A stretch of 63,013 nt of DNA, counting the filler, from Collodictyon triciliatum (Eukaryota), in the NCBI GenBank assembly GCA_043381765.1. It is 10 parts of 10 records of this genome, joined end to end, with 100 filler letters (N's around TTAATTAATTAA, not from the genome) between each part and the next. Parts side by side here need not be neighbours in the genome. Positions count along the whole stretch, not along the records: positions 53,094 to 59,288 come from JBHJMP010004649.1; positions 59,389 to 63,013 come from JBHJMP010004662.1; 8 more parts are not named here. One strand, given 5' to 3'. The stretch's first letter is position 1; every line of letters begins with the position of its first letter. Below, in pieces: positions 53,219 through 63,013 of the stretch. The translations under genes were made by a program, and so were the position numbers. Under the pieces are notes generated by a model. That model was not told the origin of the DNA. It did no database searches and saw only the letters and a list, made by a program, of their open reading frames with translations.

Positions 53219-56200
53219 ATTACAATTTCCGAACATGCCCTCACCATAGGAAACTTTGATTCTTCAATCACCATATCCAATGCTCGCATGGTATTATCAA
53301 ATTTTTCCCTTTTATTCGATTCAAATGATATTATCAAATGTAATCAGATAGATTCAATAATTTAATGCAAACCTTGAAATATTATCAAATGAACCACATT
53401 AAAGAAATGGGTTACTTCTGAACTTAAAATAACTCATTTCAGGCTTTAGATATTTCATCTACGTACCAGTCAGTCAATCAAAATGATTCATTGAGGTGTA
53501 AAATCGAGAAAATCAATTATTTTTTCTTTATTGTTTGTGTAAATAAGCTCTCAATTATTCTGGCACAAAAATACACTCCTGTTCTGCAGCTGATCATCTC
53601 ACAGTGTTCCTTCATATTTCTGTTAGCAACGTATGCGATTGGTTGGTTAAAAATATGCAATTGACTGGACTTGATACAAAACTTCATTCATTTTCACCCA
53701 AGAGCAAGAGCGTGGAAGGCTATAATGTTGTAGGGAGAATCAGGGCTAGAAAGGGATCCGGGAAAGATGCTATCATGATATCCTTTCCGTATATTAGTAA
53801 CGGTTAAGATGCTCATATGGATAAAATATATAAATAGTCATCAATAAGACGAATCTTGGGCTATTTTCTTATTTCAAATATGAAATGCAGCAAGCGAAAC
53901 TATTATTGAATTGAAGAGTGCTTCGGCTAGAGTTGGACTGGCTTTTATGCTGATGCGGCATTTTAAACGTGACCTGAAATTCAAATTTATGTGTAACAGT
54001 GTTTATGATTATTTTTTTATATTCATCTTTTCATTTTGCAAAATATCAGAGGGGCTGGCCTTGATTTGCTATAAAATACAATATCGAGATGTAATGTAAA
54101 ATACTTTTGGATTAAATATACTGACTATTTTGTATGATACGCGGATTATAGTTGTTCCATGGCTTCATAAAGATATATATTTCCTCGCTTTTGATGGGAG
54201 GTGGAAATACAACGAAGCAGTCGATGAATGGCTCAAAACGGCTTTTTTTCCAGGTTTGCAATTGAAAGAAAAGCATTCCAGTAACCGCGTACACATATTA
54301 AAAAAATTGTAAGCTAGTATATAATAACATAACTTGTTAGTCGCTGCAGCGCTTTTTGCATAGTATTCATTTTGAGTACTTTTGTAAACATTTCCTCCCA
54401 TGAACATTAGAGATGAATTCCACCAGCCCATTTCTAAACCCCGGCTCAATAATTGCATCCTTATCTTTGGAATTCTCTAATAGAAATGCTGAGCGTTTGT
54501 CCCTTCTTGGGCGTAAGTGATAATTATACAATAAAAAAGTATTGAGGCTATACAATTTAAAAACAAATCAAAATATTCACTTTTATTACTGTCACCATTG
54601 AAAGTTGGCATTAATGGGCAGCTCCCTGACATGGACATTCTTGCGACAATTGCCCATAATTCAGAAGTAATACCGGTTATACTTAAAATAAAAGAAACTG
54701 ATTCAAAAAAGAACTTTTGAGCAATGCAATTGTACAGCTTCTAAATCGAGATATGCAATCTACTCATTTTCCCCTGTAGTATCAGCTTGCCCCGTATAGA
54801 AGGTCAGTGGCCTTTTTTTTTTAAAAAAAAAAATTAATAATTTTAAAGCCGAATTAGACTTACGTGGATGGTACATTTTCTTCTTCTTCTTCTTCTTCTT
54901 CTTCTTCTTCTTCTTCTTCTTCTTCTTCTTCTTCTTCTTCTTCTTCTTCTTCTTCTTCTTCTTCTTCTTCTTCTCTATCTTGCCTACATCTTGCTTATAT
55001 CTACAGCGATTTATATATTTTGTCCTACTAGGCTCTACGACATTTTTAGCGTCTTTCCTGTAGACTTATCTGGAATGTTTACTTTCATGACGGAACAAGC
55101 TATCGGAGTCCCTAGAGGAGCTCATGCTTATTTCATGAAGTAACGGCTGATATATTGACTCTTTTCTGATTGCATCAAGTATTCAATAGCATGTGAATCG
55201 CAGATATAACATACCAGGCGCAACTATATCGGACTTGCAGACTGAGGTTGAAATGAATGAAAAGGATGTTGGGGTGGAGTTTATGTACTCGTTGGCTAGG
55301 TAGCATTTGTATATTCAAATAAATATCAAACTTGAGGTCCAGACATATTTATCTGGCCAATTTGCTTTTTTTCATTGTAGTTAAATATCACGACTTTCTT
55401 AAAAATTTCTTAAGTATGATAGCCATTATATAATGGCCTATACCTAAACACACAATACGTTATCTCTATTGAACCCAGCGGAGTTACAGCATCTCACTTC
55501 ATCCTAACTTATCCTATCCTAGAACTATTGATCAATCAGTCAGAAGTTTGAATAATCTAATTGAACCACTGCACGCATCATTTCTTTTTTATCTACTGCC
55601 ATCAATGAAAACAGTCATACCAAGCTCCGAGTACTCTGTCGCTTTGATTCTGGTTCTCTTATATGGAGTGCTAAAGGTATAATTGGACACTACTTCCTCA
55701 TACGATTATATATGCAAAATATTGACCCGTAGGATGATATTATATCCTTTTGATCCGTTTTCAACCTAAAGTTCCTACTAACAGCTTCTTTCTTTTAAAA
55801 AAAACGAAAAAAATTCTGTTGTCATGAATAGGCATGTTCCATCCTAATATTAGACCTTGATATCAAATTTCGTAACGTGCTCTGGTCTGTGTTGTGTATT
55901 GTCGTTGCCACACTCGGCTCTATGGCCCCACATTTGTGTTGGTTGCTCCCATTAGAAATTGAGCCGTGGATGGTAAAAATATATATATAAAATACTTGTT
56001 TAGTTTGTGTTTTCCTTTCCTTTTGTCCCATTTCTTGGCGATTAAAAATAATCTAGTATATATAAATCGATGTACATGCGATTGCGACTTTTAAAACCAA
56101 CATCTACCTCAGATCATTAGCGGATGGTCCACGTTCTGCACAGTCTTTTCAATAGCATACACCAAATTCATAGTCCCTTTCATCACACACATGACGCTGG

Positions 56201-56604
56201 AGCCTTCAGACGAGCTTCCAAAGGCCACTTTGCGAGCCGTATCTCTGTTGTGGGTCACCATCCTAGGCGCGTGTACCTCCGTTTCGAATTGGTCGTTCGG
56301 GATGTTTGTCCTTGCTGTTTATATCCCGATTAGCTGTCTTTTCCGCGGTCGTTCTTATGGCATCGGCCGTTGGTGTGAGCGTATTGTGCACGTTATGTTG
56401 GTTCCAGATTTTCTGCTTCTGTACCTAGGACTTGTGTGCAAACGGTACCCTTCTGATGTATTTTTTTTGCTTGTCGACCAGTGGGTTCGGTTTCATACGT
56501 TCCTGCTCCCACTTGTGGTTGTGCTCCACACTCCCATGTTCATTGTCTTTTCTATCCAACTCTACCACACAAATGCGCGAGTGGCCAAAGATAAATTGGA
56601 CTAG
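53219..56604 (+). CDS. GAA1: GPI transamidase subunit Gaa1, 5'-partial, ~13 exons
   Basis: ISEHAL, NVVGRIRARKGSGKDAI, WLHKDIYFL, GINGQLPDMD, RSLNNLIEPLHASFLFYLL, TM helices, KDKLD* ER-retrieval tail. Confidence 0.9.
53303..53324 (+). mobile_element. Micro-retroposon copy 5 (poly(A) end on the minus strand), with a TSD spanning a GAA1 splice donor
   Basis: T4-CCCTTTTATTCGATTCAA between atggtattatcaaat (53288-53302) and atgatattatcaaat (53325-53339). Confidence 0.7.
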
Positions 56605-57272
56605 ACATATACGACATTCAGATAAGCACTGATACCCCATTCAATCTCTTCTCTTTGGACAGACACCATACGCGAGTGAATGCATCGTGGATATGAGTAC
56701 CTTGAAACGAAATAAATGAGATATAAATGAGAATGTTGCTCTCTTAAAGTCACTTTTTTTTTTTTTTTTACACTTCCTCTATTCTTTATATTATTCCTTC
56801 TTTTTCTTCATCTTCATCATTATCTTTTTTTTCTTCAACATTTGAACGGCTCAGTTCTGTTTCATGCGAGCAGGGAATCTACCAGACGTGACAGCTGATG
56901 CTACTCAATGATTTATTTATTTGGTTTACTTAGTACTGCCTGCTGATGAGAGAAAGTCGTTACTCTGACTCAGATAATACCGAAAGCCAATTCCAACATC
57001 TCAATATCATACAAGGCATTTAAAGTATGAAAGGAAGAATTAAAAATGAAAATACCCTTTTGAATTCAATTATGTAATATATATATATATGTATTTGTAG
57101 ACATATACATAAGAAGTAATGTGCTTAATCCCAATGTTGATGCCTTTAGTCTCTGAATAAAGAGGATTGTGGTGCGCTTTAATCCGCGCGATGCACTCAA
57201 TTCTAGAATATATGACATTCGATTTACATACCCCTTGAATGGTGATTAGATATCTTATCTTTTATTTTCTCA

Positions 57273-58790
57273 TCAATGACCGAGCTGCTGAGGAAATAGA
57301 CTCTGAGAGTCACATTGCATCGGATAAGGACATAAACATTTCCCATCCATCCTAGCTCGTCTGAAAGTCACCGAGATTCTTCGTTGTCTCACTATTTCTT
57401 GTGGTTTAACACCTTCTTCATAAACGCCTGCATGAATTACTGCGTCCACTTTTCGGTCGGGGATTTGGTGATCCAAAAGGTATCTTGCTTGACCCGTCAT
57501 TATGAGAAGTGAGCGACGTGGAAGAAGAATGTTTTTGGTATCTTCAGACTCTGTATGTATCAATCTGTGTTTTCCACTTGATATGTCTTCGAGAGGTAGT
57601 CTAAATTCCATTACACAGTCGGATCCAAGGCTAATGGAAGCAACTTCATCCTAAAGCATGGTTATAAATGAATGGCGATTGTTATGAAGTAATATTCATT
57701 TATGAGACTTGTGTTATCCACCAGCACTCTGAATGCTAATAAAAATACCATGAAAGAAGAATGCGAGTCAACATGAAAACGTATTCCTTGCCCTGGTTGG
57801 TAGTCATTCAGCGTCAGTTGTGTGGGGCAAGACGGAAAAAGGCCCATGCCTTTTAGTTTTTCGGAAATACTTTGGTATGGTGTGGGAAATGGTGTAGGTT
57901 CCCTGTACACATCTAGCCTTCTCGTCTGAGATGAGAAGGAAGCGGAAAATGAGAATATATAAAAAGTTATCAAGGTCTATGGTTGGTAATGTCATCAAGA
58001 AAGTTAACTAGAAATTACTTTAACATAAACATAGGATAAATCAAAACTTGATAATTAAATTCAAATCCAAAATGTTGCACTCTTCTCCTTTGGATATTGT
58101 CAATCCAACAATTTTCATCCGTGTATTTTATCAGGTACTCTTCCTCCTCCTTTTGATAAGTTTTAAATAAGCCTTTACTTAAGAAGGATAATTTTTGTAT
58201 GTTAGAAGGATTATTACCAGAGATATGAAGTCTTTTATGACTTTGATTCCGTCAATAGATTCAGGGTCCTTGTTTAGCAATTGGGGAGGGGATTTTCTCA
58301 ATATTATTTTCAGAAATATAAGCACATATGTATAATAGTCATAATAAGCTATTAAAATTGCTATATATTACATGAAGGATTGTAGGTCCAGGTGTTTTCA
58401 ATAAAGAAATTTTTGTTTCGTCCTTGTTTGAGAATCTTGCGTTCATTCGCATTCCATTGATGAAAGAAAATTCGCCTGAATTTATTCTCTGAAAGCACAA
58501 TCCCGAGGATTCGATATGGGAAAAAGATACTTGTAATTGTCCAGATTGTGCGGAAAACTGAAGTGACTCTATAGTTCCAAATTCTTTCTTTAATTGAGTC
58601 CAAATACTATTGCCATCATCATAAGCTGTAATTGGCATCATCTTTTCTATTTCCCAGGTGATATGCAAGTGTCTTGTAGAGCCCAACTTTACAGCTGAAT
58701 ATTGAGAACAACGAACTGGCGTTACTTTTTCCAAAAAAATCGGTTTCTCTATACTTTGGCTGTCTGGAGAGTCTGTATGTAGCCATGAAA
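57273..58790 (-). CDS. ALKBH8: ALKBH8-like tRNA hydroxylase (RRM + AlkB + Zn motif, no methyltransferase domain); first exon not resolved
   Basis: RRVQHFGFEFNY, QLTLNDYQPGQGIRFHVDSH, SISLGSDCVMEF, LPRRSLLIMTGQARY..H, RISVTFR, CLCPYPMQCDSQ. Confidence 0.88.
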
Positions 58791-59082
58791 CTAAAAATCA
58801 GTTACATTGTGATATATGAACATAATATATTGCTTCATATGTAATATTTCAGCCATTATTGCGTTGGTTCATTCTGAAGAAAAAAAAGTATTAGAAGATT
58901 CAGGGGTCATCATCATTTACTCGTTCATAGTTTTAGTACAATAGGCTATTTGGATGAAGAGGCATCGAAAGAAATGTGAACGGGAATAATATAATAATCA
59001 TAATAATAATAATCATAATAATAATCATAATAATAATCATAATAATAATCATAATCATAATCATAATCATAATAATAATCAT

Positions 59083-59107
59083 CTTTGAATCGAATAAAGG
59101 AAAAAAA
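59083..59107 (+). mobile_element. Micro-retroposon copy 6 inside an (AAT/AATCAT)n microsatellite
   Basis: CTTTGAATCGAATAAAGG-A7; TSD not resolvable within the repeat. Confidence 0.65.
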
Positions 59108-59224
59108 TCATAATCATAATCATAATCATACTAATAATATTAATAATAATAATACTAATAATAATACTAATAATAATACTAATAATAATACTAATAATAC
59201 TAATAATAATACTAATAATAATAC

Positions 59225-59259
<35 letters not shown>

Positions 59260-59389
59260 CTAATACTAATACTAATACTAATACTAATNNNNNNNNNNNN
59301 NNNNNNNNNNNNNNNNNNNNNNNNNNNNNNNNTTAATTAATTAANNNNNNNNNNNNNNNNNNNNNNNNNNNNNNNNNNNNNNNNNNNNA

Positions 59390-59420
<31 letters not shown>

Positions 59421-59456
59421 CTATGTAAAGAACGACAAAAAATTATTCTCTAATAG

Positions 59457-61223
59457 GGAGTCACATTCCTTGCTCTTGGTAACGGGGCACCCGATATCTT
59501 CTCTGTCTTTGCGTCGCTATCATCTGATGACATGGATATTGCCCTAGGAGGATTATTAGGTTATAAAGAAAATCTTGTTTTGACGTGTGAAGTATGTAAC
59601 ACACTACTTCATATCAATTTATATTCTTATGACTCTTTCGGCTTTCCTGACATTTTTATATAATTACCTTTGAAGGAGCTGGACACTTCGTCGTTGCACT
59701 AGTTTTTGGTGGCGTCACGATAGCTTCTGATTTGGTTGTAAACCCTCACCTGTTCGTTCGTGATGTCTCTATGTATATCATCGGAGTTGGTGGTCTATTC
59801 ATTACAACGATGGATGAAAAGGTTCCTATTCAAAAAACAAGACGATCTGTAATTCAATTTCCTCTTACTACATATTCTATTTTCATATGCTGTAATTAAA
59901 TTTTGTGTTGGTTATAGACTTGGGATATCTAATTCGCATTATACAAACATTTTACTTGCTAGATTTATGTTTTTGAGCCACCACTCTTCATCTCCCTTTA
60001 CATCGTGTGAGTGACATACAATATTTTTCAAGAATCTAACAAAAATCTCACTTTTATGATTTTTATTTTTCGAGCCTTGAATCAAGTTGCGGATGGCCAA
60101 TCGATCAACACTTATGTTCATCCTTATTTCCCATAGGTATGTTTTGGCTGTCTTCTACCGCCACAGAATGAAATCTGTCAAGGGAGAATATCAAGTTCTG
60201 AAAAATGAGATCAGTTCCCAAGAATCAGGTTTCACTCCATAAATTGGTAGATTACTGACAAATATCAATGATTCATTCAATAACCAGATTCTACAAAATT
60301 ATAAATAGGCTCTGAAGCAAATATTCAAGTGAGGTATGCGAGCAAGCCCTCATTACGATTTTATCAGAATATACTCAACACACCGCACTCGTAAAAATAT
60401 TAATTTATTGCGGTTGGTGGTGGGTGGTTTTCTTTTTTTGTGTGTGTATAGATCTGATTATGATGAGGACGATAATGACGAGGACGATGATGATAAACCA
60501 TGGAATGAAAAGTCGTTACTCATGAAGATAGGTAGATGCAACATTTATATTCTCGTTAATATTTGCACATACCTTCTAATTGTCTAGCCTTTGTAATCCT
60601 CAAATTATAGTCGGTGTTTGAATTCAATCAACACAGGTGATTTTTTTAGTCATATCTTTCTTGCCACTAGTTTTCGTGATCACATATCCAACTGTCATCG
60701 CAAGAGACTATTCGATCCCACCTTGCCGAAACTCAGACTGGGATAGAAACCGAGCTGCTGCTTTCCCGATATTCGCATCATTAATGTTTTTGCTTGTCTT
60801 AGAAGGTACATCTTGATAATAGCACAATATGATCATACATATCGACTTAAATACCATAATTCAATCTATACAGGAGAAAACATGTTCAATGCCTCCATAT
60901 CTGGAGATTTTCTGGCGGTCTATCTCGTCTTAATTATTGGCATGATCTTCTCAGCGATAATCTACTTTACCGTTCCTGAGGACTCTATCCCAAAGAATAC
61001 ACTTTACCAATCAGTAATAATAGAAGTTTAAACCCCAATAGAAGTACTGGTGCAGAGTATTAATTAATACATGAATGCATGATTAAGTGTCCTAAATATC
61101 ACAGGTCTTTATTTTTGGAGGGTTCGTGATGTCGATTGTGTGGATTTACATCAGCGCTGGCATGACTGTGTCTCTTCTTCAGGTTTTGGATCAAGGCTTA
61201 ACTAGAAGTTCACTCACTCCTTT

Positions 61224-61271
<48 letters not shown>

Positions 61272-61283
61272 NNNNNNNNNNTT

Positions 61284-61331
<48 letters not shown>

Positions 61332-62125
61332 ATATCAATAACAATGATCGATAACCGTGATTGATCTGTCGTAACTTGTGTGTGTAAATCCTAAACAGTC
61401 TCTTGGATTGGTCGTCGGCGTCAGCAATGCTATTTTGGGAATTACTGTTCTTGCATGGGGAAACAGTATCGGTGACCTTGTCTCCAACATATCAGTGGCA
61501 CTCAATGGAAAGCCCCAGATGTCTGTTTCCGCTTGCTACGCTGGGCCCTTGTTTAGTATCCTAGACACCAACACCCTTTCTGTCATGATGCATATTTCTC
61601 TCTTTAAATCATACTGAAATAATGTCCCGATAACGATACTTCTGGTTCGAAAAGAGACAAACCTTGACTCGTTAAAGACATGTGCTTCGGAATGGGCATT
61701 ACCCTGCTTCTCACGACAATTGACGTACAATTTATGCAATATCGTCGCATAATCTTTTACATGTGTCGTTCAATGTTAAGAAAAAACATTTCATTCTTTT
61801 CATATCTCATCATGATTGCATACAGGATTCTCCGTTCACCTTCAGTATGGCGTCTGGAAATATCATCACATTCGTCTCCTTGCTCCGTATGATTTTCCTT
61901 ATCAAGTATTATATATATATATATATAAAAGAAAGGGGAAGAAAGAAGTACGGGGCTCTGTTATTCTAATTCGTCAAACCACAAACAGTGTGCCTGTTCA
62001 TCACCCTAGTAGTCGTTTGGTACAACAAATGGAAGTCACCAAAATATCTTGGGTATTTCCTGATTGGATATTACACCTTATTCCTGATCATCTCTGGACT
62101 GAATGAGGCAGGGCTAATGTTCTAG
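59457..62125 (+). CDS. Cation/Ca2+ exchanger (CCX/NCLX family), 5'-partial, ~13 exons
   Basis: Alpha-1 GVTFLALGNGAPDIF; alpha-2 GITVLAWGNSIGDLVSN..ACYAGPLFN; acidic loop. Confidence 0.93.
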
Positions 62126-62695
62126 ACATCCGTGCAACACCAAGCACGCTAGAGAATGAGAAAAAATAATCATTTTGCTTGCGTCTCATAAACAAATAAG
62201 CAAATATGCCATACAAGGATGGGTTATGATTTTCTTAAGGGGCTCGCGGGGAGGGTTTTGGGTGGCTGGAATATATATTCTCCTCGCGATTTGCAGGGTT
62301 TGTTTGCGCAAATAAAAAATTTCCCAGGTTGATCTATTCTATACCTCACAAAGCGAATATATATGGAGATCACACCGAGAGGCAGAATAAAAAAAACACA
62401 ATGTGTAGGAAGATATCTCTTTTGCTGAGAAACAACAAGCACACTGAGAGAAAAAAGAAAGGCACATTATGCGAAAAATAATATAATATTTCACTGGCGT
62501 TCTTTCCCTCTCTTAACCCGCTACATTCTGAGGCCGAAAAAAAAAGAAAAAACAAGCAAGCGAGCGAAAAGAGGGATTCCCGAGAAGGACGAGACCGCTT
62601 ACCAGGAGATCGGTGCCACAGAATGCCCCGATGAATGCCGACTGATCGTACGCAAAACGAGAAGGCCGACGCAGCCAACGCAAAGGGCAAAAAGG

Positions 62696-62771
62696 TCACT
62701 TGACCAAATCCCTTACAACACAGGTTATGCACCGAGACACACCGAAGACCAAGACGCCAGCTGCCACCGAC
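62696..62771 (-). CDS. Possible short terminal exon of an unknown gene
   Basis: CAG acceptor after a microsatellite-filled intron, then SVAAGVLVFGVSRCITCVVRDLVK*; no recognisable motif. Confidence 0.25.
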
Positions 62772-62820
62772 CTGTGAGTACAACAAACTACTAATAAGGC
62801 AGAGCGAGCTCTTTGGAACG

Positions 62821-63013
<193 letters not shown>

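Overview
AT-rich, intron-dense eukaryotic (protist-like; organism not identifiable) draft sequence. It is not one locus: nine ~100-nt N-spacers containing TTAATTAATTAA join ten contigs, seven of them nearly identical in size (~6.2 kb), so adjacency across spacers is meaningless. Manual exon assembly (standard genetic code) gives: a TPR-pentapeptide-WD40-SEL1 protein, a Cys-rich type I membrane protein, an SPX-VTC protein, an LRR protein, a calcyphosin-like fragment, a myosin head, a VPS9 GEF, Rab1, a TM/SPRY-like protein, TRM61, a polyproline terminal exon, QTRT2, a CH-domain fragment, a CNBD K+ channel, GAA1, ALKBH8 (RRM-AlkB) and a CCX/NCLX exchanger, plus two LINE fragments and many microsatellites. 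The most striking unexplained signal is an ultra-short dispersed element, CTTTGAATCGAATAAAGG(G)-A(n). It has 6 clear copies and 1 degenerate copy on five contigs, a near-fixed 5' end, and 15-16 bp target-site duplications. It looks like a ~19-nt micro-retroposon whose antisense strand mimics a 3' splice site.
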